From: Geosiphon pyriformis uo1
Lineage: Eukaryota > Fungi > Glomeromycota
NCBI GenBank assembly: GCA_016748015.1
Contig: JAAOMT010000470.1
Coordinates: forward strand, 253,964-317,963
Direction: 5' to 3'
Length of the DNA: 64,000 nucleotides
The translations under genes and the position numbers were made by a program. Each line of letters begins with the position of its first letter. Positions within the stretch are counted from its first letter, which is position 1. Shown here piece by piece: positions 25,887 to 38,782 of the stretch. The notes beneath the pieces were generated by a model that had not been told where the DNA came from, searched no databases, and worked only from the letters and a program-made list of their open reading frames with translations.

Positions 25887-27487
25887 TGTTACTAGTAGAA
25901 TTTTAACATGAAATTATCCTCATAATTCTTATTTTTAATTAGCATATACTATTATTATTTTGATTATCACTTATTATTTAATCAAATTATCAAATATCAT
26001 TACTTAATTAATAACTCGATTTGTATTATAGAAATTAAGATAATCAAATTACACAATACTTTGAACCATTTAATATAGTCAAAATTTGCTGAAATTGATA
26101 GAAAATTGGCCGAAATAATCAATAGTTTGTAAAAATAACTTGTAGTTTACCAAAATGTATCTTTAGTTCACCAAAATTGGAGCAAAGAAAAAAGTGCAAG
26201 TTTAAAAACTAGTACTACAACAAATTGTATAAAAAAAAAGCTTTTCTTTTCAAGAAAATGTAGCTTCTTATATTTTATCATAGTCTCTTACTTTAAATAT
26301 TTTAATTGGAACAAATCATCTTTTACACATCTCAAATAAAAATTAAATATTTGAAAACCAAATCCTTTGATTATTATACTTGAAATTCCCTCAACACAAA
26401 ATTAACATTTTGAAATTAATTAGCTACCAATTTCAGTTATTTGTTAGTAATTCCAGGCCTAAATAGAAAACGTTTCCTTTGACAAAATTTTATTTCTTTT
26501 ATATTTTTTATATATATATTTTTTTTCTTATTATAATCATTAGGATAGCTTACAGACAAGATTTCTGTAGAAAAATTGACTTTCACAGCAAAGTAACTAC
26601 ACATTTTTAGTAAGCTTTCAGATGAGCAATTTCTGGGAAAAAGTTAATGTTTACTACAATGTAACTATATAAAGTAACTGGCATAGAATTGGCCATTCTA
26701 TTTATAAGCCTAGCAGTTCAAATTATAGAAGATAATTTAAAGATAAATTCAGTTATTAGAGGTTCAACTACTTCTAGAAAACATGAATTCACAACAAACA
26801 GCCATTAACAACATTCAAAAAAAGAGACCAAAAACCTCTGGTAATATTTAGTGCTCTCCTATAGAAATAACACAGCAATAACAACTTCAAAGTGATAACC
26901 ATATCAGACACAACAACTCTAAAGTATTATCAGTCAATTTACACTCACTGTAAGCAAAGATTCAACATCCCAAACGGAATTAAAGTTGTCAAAAAATCAT
27001 TATACCAATATATTGAAAACTGTATCAACAATTATTTTTTTGGAAACTACAACATTTCAGAAATTAGAAACAATCTTTACAATAATTTATTGTACTATTT
27101 ACTATTGAGAACTGAAAATTTTAACAGTGAAACACTTGCCATCTACTTTTAAAAACTTAACTTTAGCATTATTCAATATTGTAAAGAAAAATATCCAGTA
27201 CAATCCAAATACTCTTTTGACTTTGAATCAAAAACAGAAACAAGCAATAAAAGCAAACAAAAAGTAAAACAATACTCAAAAACTACTCTAAACACTCCAA
27301 TACTACCAAAAACAACTGTCAAACACTTACAAACACCTGAACAAGAAACCAGTATTAAATTATCACTTTTTATTACACTATTTCCAATTTTATTTGTTCA
27401 ACCACAAACACCAAATTCACCACTTATCTGTTTTTCAAGACTAGAAAATTTTTAGTCACTTAAAAGTTCTACTCAATAGCAGAAACC
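25887..27487 (+). mobile_element. Family A 5' LTR (25887-26846), PBS and start of gag
   Basis: Inverted copy of ~7880-9473. PBS TAGTGCTCTCC (decayed TGG). ORF 26892-27152. Confidence 0.9.
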
Positions 27488-29350
27488 AGATTATTAAAAA
27501 CTTTTCAATACCAACAAATTTTACAGAATTAATAGCATTCTTGGAATTTGCTGGATACTATTACTGTTTTATTCAAAACTTTTCCAAACTGGCTCAACTA
27601 TTTTACCAACTTCAAACTAAAAATGTAAAATATAAATAAATTGAAGCTCAGTATGAAGCTTTTGACATTTTAAAAAAAAAGCTTATTTAAGCACCAGTAT
27701 TGATCTATTCAGACTACAGCAAACTATTCATTATTACTACCAATATATCTAATTAAGCATTGGGAGCCATACTATCTCAAAGAGAACATAATAGACAAGA
27801 ACATCCAATAACATATGCCAACTGAAAAAAACTATGGAATCCCAGCACTAGAACATTTAGCTATCTATTGGGCAGTTATTAAATAGAAAAAGTATTTAAG
27901 CCAGAAGTTTGAAGTATACACTGATCACAAAGGACTAACATCAATCCAGAAACAAAAATTTGGAAACAACTGCTATGTCAGATGAAAAATAAAACTTTTA
28001 CTATTTAAATATACAATACATTATAAAAAGAGAAAAAAAAATAGAAATGCTAACAGTTTGTTATAAATAAAACAAATCTAAGAACATTTCAATCCAAAAA
28101 TATAACAAAAAATGAATACACAAAAATATTAACAACTCCAACACTATATTAATATTTAGTAGTTCAAGGAAAAATTATCTTAAAAGAAACAAAACAACAT
28201 AAAACAACAATCAAAGTATTTTATTACTTACCAAAATATATTATATTAGAAAAACAGAAAAGATCTAAATCAATCACTTAGAATAATCACAAAACCAAAG
28301 AAAAAAACAATATTATACAACATATATTCAGATTCAACAACAGAACATTTTCATAAAGAAGCAATTATAGAAAAAACCAGAAAAAGATATTATTGGTCAT
28401 TAATATATCCAAACATTATCCAATACATTCAAAATTGTGATGCTTATCAGAAGAGAGAAGAAACAAGACCCAAAGAACTATTAAGACTAATTAGAGTGAG
28501 ACAACTATTTGATAGAATTAGAATTGACTTAGTAGAACCATTAACAATTATCAGCAAAAGCAATCATTATATAGCAGTTGCCATAAACTATTTTACAAAA
28601 TGGCCAAAGACAAAAGCAATTCAAAGAGCAGATGCAGAATTTGTAACCAAATTTGTTCACTAAGATTTGATTTGTTAACACAAATATCCAAAAAAATTGT
28701 TATTAAATCAAAGAACTCACTTTGTAAACACAATATTAGCAGAATTAAGCCAAAGATTTGGAATTAAAAGACTATTATTATCACCATATTATTTACAAAC
28801 AAATGATTTAGTGAAAAGATTCAACAGAACATTGTATAAAAAAATTGCCAAAATCACCCAAAAAAACCAGGACAAATAGGATTTGTTTATATTATCAGTA
28901 TTATTTGCTTATCAGACAATAAAGCAAGATACCACATAAACAACATCATTTAAATTTGTTTATGATAAAACAGCAATATTACCAGTTAAGATAAAAGTCA
29001 ATACATATCCAAAAAAAACCAATAACAGAAACCAACTTCCAAAAAACATTGCTAAGAAGAATGTACAAACTAATAGAAACATTGAAAAACAAAAAACAAA
29101 AAGCAGCTAAAAACATTCAAAGATTACAAAAAAAACAGAAAAAATGACATGAAAAGCAATTACCAGATAAACCAGTTGAATTCAGGATTAGAGACAAAGT
29201 ACTTTTATATTATATCAAAGTGGAAAAATAATGAAGTTAAAATTTTGACTTTAAATAAGATAGACCATTTCATATTGAAAAAATTCTAAAAAATAGAGTT
29301 TACAAATTAAAATAGAATAACAAAATCTTAGCCAAAGCAGCATATGGCAA
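27488..29350 (+). pseudogene. Second family B-type pol fragment (RH-IN)
   Basis: Paralogous to ~20965-22615. RIDLVEPL, NYFTKWP, RFNRTL, KAAYGN. Confidence 0.88.
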
Positions 29351-31264
29351 TATTACAAGTGATTATTTGAAGTCTTAAATTAAATAACAAATCTGTAACT
29401 TGATGCTAATAGCTGATACAATTATTATAATCTGAAGGTTTTGGTTGTTTGAAGGTTTTGGTTAAGTCTTTTGTATAATAAACAGAGATTTAATAATTGT
29501 TTTCAGTAGTCTCTTAGAATTGTAATTCTATCAATTTTTTTTTCAGCTTGGTGGCCAGCAATCTTCTTGTAAGTAATCCTTAATTTTAAGTGTCTATTCT
29601 TTTGTAGGGGTCTTTTACCAAACAATCCTTGATGTTAATAACTCAGTGCTTAATTTTTAATTAATTAGTAACAACAAAGAAATAAAATACAAAAGAAAAT
29701 TTAAAAAAAATAAAATATAAGTCAAGGCAAGTAATATTAGTATCTTATCAATAGTCATAATCAAGAGCTATTGTTCTAATGTAATCAAATATTTGATATT
29801 ATTAACATAAAGTGTTGATAGTAGGGAAAGCAATTTAGATGGTAATAATTATTTATTAATATTGATAATTATAATAAAGATATAATAATAAGAAGATATT
29901 GGTAATTTCTAAATTATTCTTTTCTGCTTCTAATGCTCTTATTATATATACATAATTTAGGTTCTATGAAATTGCTTATATTCCCGAACAATATGCTATA
30001 ATTTTTTGAGCAATGCTCACATTGCTAAGTAATGTGCTTTAATTTTCTAACATTGCTCTATATTGCTAGCAATATGTGGTAATTTCTGACATTGTTCCAT
30101 ATTGTTAAGCAATATGCTTATATGTTAACTACTACTTTCCTATTGGTCTATCTGTTTTTTTCCTATTTTTTTTTATATGTTTTTCTTATAAGTAATATTA
30201 TTTCTTCTTTTTAATATTGAGCTCTATTGAAATTTTCACTTTAAATTAAGTTTAATATTTTTTTTTCTAATATTGTTTGTTTAACTTTGTTTTTTATATC
30301 TTTAATTTGCACATTGTTTATTTTTTCTTATTGGTTAATAATAATTGTTTCCATGTTAGAGTATAACAATATTTCTGGGTAATTTTGAAATATTGTGTAT
30401 AGTTAATAGATTGTTCTAATGTGCAATAATAGATTTGTCTTTTTTTTGATAATATTTTCAATATTTTGTATTATTTTTTGATTAAATTTTGGCTTTATCA
30501 AGATATAATTTTTGAATGTTCAACTTTTGTTCCAACTGATAGTAGCAATATGGTATTGGAAGTTGTTCTGTTTATTGTTTCCAATTTTCTTTTGAAAGTT
30601 TTTCTGTTAGAACTATAATAAATATTTTCCCAAAAGTGTTCTTTACTTTCTCTACTATTTTGTCTGACCAGTTTCTTGATTGTTTTTGTGATCACTGGTA
30701 TGGTGTATTTTTTTTTTGTTTAGTGTTTTAATAACAGATTGTTTGGTGGTTAATAATAATTTCTATGTTTAATTATTACTGACTTAAGATTTAAAACAAT
30801 TGTTGAGCTAAGGTGTAAATATGATCTGGTATTTCCATTTTTTTTGTTGCTTTTGTTACATATCCCATGTTTTTATATACTCTTTTGGTTGTTCAATTTG
30901 ACATGTTTGGTTCAATAATTATAATTGGTTCCAGATCTCATGAAATCTCATTTGGTTAGACTAGTATTTGTTGTACTTTCAGTTGTGAAATATTATTGAT
31001 AAATAATGATACTATATAGTAATATGGTTTCAGTCAATCACTATGTGCTGTTTTGATTAAGATTTTGTTGTCTTATCTTAATTTATAAGCTTCATTTCCT
31101 AAAATTTTTTTTATGTAAAATAGTCTATCTCATTTGGGGTCAAATTTTCCACTCCATTGTTTTTCTACTTTGGTATAATATAAAAGTATTTTGTCTCCAA
31201 TCTTGAATTTAACTGGTTTATTTGGTAATTGGTTATTATGTCTTTTTTTTGGTTTTTCTTATGA
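29351..31264 (-). mobile_element. 3' end of the family B element: integrase C-terminus, ORF3, PPT, 3' LTR (29351-30197)
   Basis: Minus strand RHNNQLPNKPVKFKIGDK...WSGKFDPK, then ORF3 ending FNRAQY*, PPT AAAAGAAGAAATAA and LTR start TATTACTTATAAG. Confidence 0.85.
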
Positions 31265-34200
31265 GATTGTAAAAAGTACAGAAAGTCTAAGCTTTATAAA
31301 TTGAAGTTGACTAAGGATGTGTCTATTAAGAAAACAATTGAGGAGTGCATGAAAAGTTTTTGTTTTAATAAAAATAATATAATTAAAAGTATTCTAAACC
31401 AGTTCTTTTATAAAATGGTTTTGGATTACTTGGTAGTAAAAAATAAGTTGGTGGTTGAGCCTGATAAAATAAAGCTTAAGATGAATGAAATTATAAAAAG
31501 ATAGATAAAGAGTAGTCAGTGCTTCCAAAAATGCCCAACCTTTGGACTTGTCAATACATGTCTTTAAACTAGATTAATAATAGTGTCTTTTCTGATATAA
31601 TGAAAAAAATTAATATGAAAGAGTGTCTTTAGTTGTTAATAATTTACCAAATGATAAGACTGCTAAGTTGTTAGAAATACCTAATAAACTTTAGAAACAT
31701 TGTGATAAAAAGATGTTGGTTTGTCTTTTGAGACTGTTAAATTTATGTTTGACTTTGGATGTGGTTCCAATTTCTTAAAAGAGAGCATAAGTTTTAATAA
31801 ACCCAAAACCTTATGAATGAAATAGTATTTTAATAAATATTAGGCTTATTGCACTAATCAAAACAGTTTGGAAGATATTGTCTAAGATTTTTTTGATAGA
31901 ATTTCATTGACATGCAGCAAATTTAATGTTCTTTGCAGTAATAATTTTTTGGTGTTAAAAAATACTTTGACTCAGTCTCCTATTTTTGCCATTAGATTAG
32001 TTGTTAAGAATACTCTGAAAAAAACAGAGAGCTTTGGTTGGTGTTACAAGATATGTGCAAAGCTTATGATTCAATAGACTGATATTATTTGAAAACTAGT
32101 TTGCATTACATTAAAATGTGTAATCAGTTTATCAGATTTTTTGGCAGTATTTATAAGGATCAGATTAATAAAATAATAATGGATTTTGAACTTTTAGATG
32201 ATTATAAAGTACATAATAGCTTAGATTAGAATAAGATTTTTTCTCTACTTCTTTAAAAAATTTTCTATGATTTACTTTTGTGTAAAGTGAAAAAACATAA
32301 ACATTTATATAAATACTATATTAATACTAGATTTGTAGTGAAAACTGATAAGATCAAGACTGTTAAAGAAAAAAACTTTTTTTTTAGTGGCTAGTGCTTT
32401 TGTTAATGACACAATTTGGATTAAGAGTTGTCAAGCTTCTACACAATGCATTTTAAATATTGCCAGTAAGTTCTTTGTTGTTAATAATATTTCAATTAAT
32501 AATAATAAAATAGTGGCTATTCCTATCAATCAAGATGTCAAGTTTATATTATTGTTAATTAATGGTTTACCTATTTTAATTGCTAAAAAGAGTGAATTGC
32601 ACAAGTACTTGGACATTTTTTTATTCACTAAAAGTTTTTTTAAGCCTAGTTTGGTTTAGATTTATGTAGATAATAGGTTTTTTTCGAATATAGTGTTAAA
32701 AAAAACTATTACAGATAAACAATTTTCTTACTTGGTTTTGGCTATTTTGCAGTTTATAGTTAGCTATTGAATACAGTTTAGTTTTGTTTTAGCAAGTGTA
32801 TATTGCAAGTAAGATGTAATAATTAGGAAGTGTTTTAAGACCAAAACTGGTCTGTAATATGACTTTTCCAATAAGATTTTGCATCATTTATGATTTGAAA
32901 TCTTTTAAGCAAGTATAGTTTGAAGGAAAGTTAACTTTATTGGTTTTTTTTTTCAATGTCTGTGGTATTTTTAGACATCTTTTTGAGCATAAGTTTTTGG
33001 ATTTGCAGATTTTAAAATAGTCTTTTTTGAATTTTTTACAGTTTTTTGTCTAGTTGCATGTTAGTCCAATAAATAATTTTTTGGCTAGTATGGTGAAAAT
33101 TTTTTTGGAAAATGAGTTGTCTTTGGCAAACAACTTGCCTAATGCTTTTCACAGATCAAATAAATTTTCAATATTTGGTATCTTAGAGCAACTCTTGTAT
33201 TATAACTCTGTTCTTTTTTTAAAGTAGTTTAGTGTTGTATTTGATAACAGACTTCTAGACAAAAAAGAGAATATAATAGACTGGAAAACATTTCAGTAGT
33301 AGAAAAAGTTGGATCCAAGATTTTTGTGTTTTATTAATCTATACTAGCATTTAAGTTTATGAACAAAAATGGTTTTTTGGAGGCCAAATCTGCTGTTATT
33401 TCCAAATTGTCTGTGTTAAATGTCTTGAAATCCAAGTAGTTCTGTAATATTTGTAATTATTTATTGGAAATTTGGTCTAATTGTATCAAGATTTACACAA
33501 ATGAGTTCTTAAAGAGTGCTGGTTTTGCTGAAATAACAAGTGGAATGACTGCTTATTTTTTGGCTGCAGATATGGGTATTGGAGTTAGAGTACATGGGCT
33601 TTTATTTTTTATTTTGGCTAAATTGCAAGTTATTGCTTTGGCTTTAAAATGTGTTCTATTTTTATGTGCTGTAATTTTGTATTTGAATAGCCAATCTGAA
33701 ATTGACATTTGTGTATTTGAAACTTTGTTTGTAATGCTTAACTTCTGTAATTAATGTTGAATTAAGAGATTGCATGTAGTCAATCTTATTAGGAATAAAA
33801 ACATTTCAGTTAAGTAGATAAAAGTTAAAGAACATTCAAAGATTTCAGATAATGTTAGAGCTAATGAACTGATTGGCAAGACCACTTTTTTTTCTTTTTC
33901 TTTGTAAGCAGAGATTTGGGAATGGTTTTTGGTTGCTGAAAATATTGTTGTGTTTAATAACATTTGTTATTTTATTTGTGATCTGTACTAGTCAATTTGC
34001 TGTGCTTGTTAAGAAGTTAGTCTTGGTTTTGATGTTGTTCTGAGTGTTATAATCAGAAAAATAAATTAGACTACTACTACAATGGTTTAACATCCTAACT
34101 TGTATATGCTTTCTGAATTTACTAGTAAAAAATTGGCTAATCTGTACACATATATAATAAAAGCAGTACATAAACAGCTGTTAGTAATGATTAAAAAAAG

Positions 34201-34912
34201 ATTGTATAATAAAAATTATTCTGGAGTACTGTGTTTGCTGTGTAACAAAGTGGAGTTGTTTGACTATGTTTTTACTTGTTTTAGTAACATTGGTTTTTAT
34301 AAAGACATTTTAGTTGAAGCTATTAAAAGATAGGTATTATTAACAGGTCTTTTTTGCTCATTTACTTCTGCCATTTTGTATTTGTTTTTAATATGTGCTT
34401 TAAATATAATTCTGTATATTACAATTTGTAAAGACTTTGTGTTAAGAGATTGGTATGCTAAGACTGTTCTGGTTTTTAAGAAAAAGAAAAAGACTGTTTT
34501 GGTTCTAGTTGAATACATTTAGTTTGTAATAAAATTGCATTGTATTAAAGTGTAGTTAATTAGATTTAAACATAGAATGAATATAGAAAAGACTGGTTTG
34601 GTCAAAAATAATTATTTGGTTGTGGGCTTGTCTTATTATATGGTGTCTATGTTGTTAGATAAAGTGATTTATATGCTTAGTGTTATGGAATTTTTTATTA
34701 TTAGTTTTGGTAAACACAAAATATGTTATTTTTTTTTTGGTTTAAGTAGTGATACTTTTATTAGTATAAACATATAATGTTGCTTTAACTGATCCAAATA
34801 GCTGGCTATATGTAGTAAATATATAAGTTGTATTTAATTTGATCTATTTAATTTGGTTCTATGTACTAGATAACAGTTGGACTTTATTCATTAAATCTTA
34901 TAATAATAAAAA
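31265..34912 (+). mobile_element. LINE 3' part (RT, RNase H, C-terminal zinc finger, 3' UTR, A-rich tail)
   Basis: QDMCKAYDS, AFVNDTIW (decayed FVDD), IYTNEFL (decayed YTDGS), CLLC...FTC, and a 3' UTR shared with 37465-37600. Confidence 0.9.
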
Positions 34913-37900
34913 ATTATAGTAATTAATGATATTAATTTCTCTTTTTTTATTTTATTTTTATTTTTTTTGGAATTTTCTTTTTTTTTAATAGAGCAGTAAT
35001 ATTAAAAATATTAATTGTTTGAGAATAGACTTTATAATAGTTTGATAAAAAAGAGAAACTTCTTTTAGATTTAAATATTAATTCTATTTTATTAACTTTT
35101 TAAAAAAGTAAAAAGACAATATTAGACTTTAATAACTGTACTTAACTAGTTTAAAAAAAATAGCTTATATATATCTAACTGTAAATAGTTAAATTATATT
35201 TTTATGCTTTATAACTAAAGAACTTTATGAATAAATTCATAGCTATTAAAAATTTTTAAAAACTGATAACTTTAATTTGTTACTTATATAAATAAAAAAA
35301 ACTTTTTAAGTTTCTTTATTCAAATATAAAGCACTAAATATTACTATTATACTTCATCCAGTTTATTTATAACAATATTTTAATAAGTTTTTAAACAAAC
35401 AATTTTTGAAAAAAAATTAATTTTTACTACAAAGTAACTATACAAATAACTGACATAAAATTGGCTATTCTATTTATAAGTTCAGTAGTTCAAATTATAA
35501 AAAATAATTTAAAAATAATTTTGTTATTAGAAGTTTAACCACTTTTAGTAATTGTAAATTAACAGAATAATAATATTAATAATATTCAAAAAAAAACAAA
35601 AATTTTCAATAATAATATATATAAATCATTTTAGTTTCTTATTTGTAGATGAATATAATTATTTATTTTTAGTTATAATCATAATTATTGAGAAAAAAAT
35701 GTTATATTAATAAAATTAAAGAATTAATAATAATAATTGATTTTATAAGTTTAGGATTACTAATAAATTTATTATTTTAATTAATAAAAATACTAAAAAA
35801 CCAATATTATAAATAATAAAATAAAAATTAATTAATAGATTAGTAAATTATATATTGTAATTATTATTAATTAATTAGTATAAAATTTAGTAATTAATGA
35901 TATAAACACATTAAATATATTATAAAATATACAAAAAATTAAGTCAATTTATTTTTGTTTTGTAAAATTAAGATATATATACTTATTTTCATAAAAATAA
36001 CATTTTATATTTGGTACTAACTCTTTTATTAATTGTTTTTATTGCAAAATATAATTTTATAAGCTATTAATATAAAAATATATATTGTTTAAAGATAAAT
36101 TTACAAGTTTATTTTTAATAAAGCATTAAAATAATTATTATTACATAATATATTAATTAAACAATTAATTAAATAATCAATTTATTTGTTACAATATATT
36201 ACTCAATTTATTTGATATTTTTTTACTTAATATTTTTATTATTATAATTAAAACATCTTAATAATAAAGATACTTCATATAATTATCTCTGAATATATAA
36301 TATTATATATAATTCTCACTATAATATTTATATATTTGTACAAAAATATAATATTATCTTAAATTCCAAGTAATTTATCTATAAAAAAACTCAAAAAAAC
36401 AATTTTAATACTTAATAATAAAATTAATAGAATATAAATTAAAACAGAATAAAAAAATAAAATTTAGTTTTAAAATATTTTAGTTATTAATTTACAATAA
36501 TAATATAATTATATTAAATAAAATTTATGTATTTTATATTAATGTGTTTTAATATTAATGTACTATTTTTATTGATTAAAAGACAAAAATCTGCAAAAAG
36601 CTATAAATCTAAATATTTTGATAAAACTAAAACTTTTTAAGTTGAATTTACCACTTTATTAAACCAAAAAAAAAAGAAAAAACCATTTTTCCATAAAATA
36701 TATAATGTTTTATTCTTGAAAATAGATTTTAGTTTATTCACATTCACAAAATTCTACTAGCATCAAAAATTCTATTAAAAAATTTTATTAAACAAAATCA
36801 AAACTTGAATTCAAAAAATAAAAGATATTTATTTTAATAACATAAAAAATAATAATAATAATATATATTAATAGTAATAATAGCAATAACAATAATAATA
36901 ATAGCTAATATAAGATAAAAAAAGAAACTGCTATTTTTTACAATATAAAAGACCTAAAATTTAACAAATATATATATAATATGCTTTATAATATTACAGG
37001 TAATTATTTGAAATATTGGTACAAATAACAAATTCATAATTTGATGCTTAATAATTTAATAATATTGGTAAAATCTGAAAATTTTGGAATCTGAAAATTT
37101 TGGTTGAGTCTTTTATATAATAAACAGAGATTTAATTAATATTTTAGTATTTATTCTAAAAATTCTTTTTGTAAATTTTTTTCTCAGCATAATGGCTAGT
37201 TTTTTCTAACAGTTTTGCTTTTTTGGTAAGCTATCCTTAATTTTATAAGCTCTTTACCTTTGTTTTATGAATTTTTTACTAAACTATCCTTAACATCAAA
37301 TACTCAATACTTAATTTTTTTTGATTAATTAGTAAACAACAAAGAAACAAAACAAAAAAAAACAAAAAAAAACAAAAGAAAATAAAAGAAATAAAGAAAA
37401 ATAAAAATTAGTATTTTGTTAATAACCATGATTAAGAACTATTGGTCTAGTGTAATTAAGTATTTTTTATTTATTTACACATTTAATAAGTAAAGTCCAA
37501 CTGCTATCTAGTATATAGAGCCAAACTAAATAATTTAAACTAAATGTAACTCATGTACTTACTATATGTGACTAGTCACTCAAGTTAAACAAAGCAATAC
37601 TACACACTTATATTAACTTGTATATCATCATCCAGACCAAAAAAAAAATGACACAGCTTGTAATAACCAAAGCTAATAGCAAAAAACTTAACAATACCAA
37701 GCAATCTGATTACTCTATCAGATAACATTGAAGATATACTACAAGACAGCCCAAAAACCACACCACTATCATAAACCAAACCAATCTTTTTTATTTTTAT
37801 TCTATGTTTAGACTTCATCAATTATGTCTTAACATAATACAATTTTACAACAAATCTTACATATTTAACAATTCTAACAGCAGTCTCCTTCCTATTCTTG

Positions 37901-38782
37901 AAAATACCAAAAGTTTCTTTGTACTACTTTTTTAATACAAACTTTTTACACATTACAGTATATAAACCAATATCTAAAGAAAATTAAAAGAAGACCTGCA
38001 AAACAGCAGAAGAAAACAAATCACAAACGCCAGCCAAAGCAGTCCACTATACAAAAGTCTTAACCAAAATTTTACCATAAACAACAACATTCTAAGTACA
38101 AGTAAAAGCATGATCCGAAAACTCTACTTTATTATACAACAAACACAACACACCAGAGTAATCCTTATCATACAACCTTTTTTTAATTATCACTGATAAT
38201 TATCTGTATACAGCTTTTATTAAATACATGTACAAGTTAGAAAACTTTTAGCTAGTAAATCCAACAAGCATATAAAAATTGGGGTGCCATATCTTTACAG
38301 TAGAAACCCAGTTTACATACTTAATCACCATATTCAAAATCACACTGCAGCCAGAACCAGCTTTCTAACAAGTGTAACAGATAGACCAAAATATATCTTT
38401 GACAAAATGACAAGCACTGCCAAATACAGCTGTGTTATTAGCCACCAAAAAATGCTTCCACATACTAGCCAACAATAAAAAAAAGACTGCACAACCATCC
38501 CAGCTGTAAAATCAGTCTTCATATTACCAGCAATTCCAGAATGACTTTTAATCTTAATTCAATTTACAGTAAAATTCTTATTTCTAATCAAATTAAAAAC
38601 ATGTCATCTCTTAATTCAACACTAGTTATGAAAATTAGGCACAGCAAATGACAACTTCAACATATATGCATTAATAGCAACTTGGCTATTAAGATGCAAT
38701 ACTACTGTATTAGAAAATAGAACACATTTCAAGAACAAACCAATAACTCACAACTCAGTCATAGTAGAAGACAAAAAATCAT

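Noticed and set aside
29351-30197. Solo LTR
   Set aside because: The flanks (GCAA/TTAT) are not a TSD. A PPT and ORF3 adjoin it, so it is the 3' LTR of the inverted family B element.
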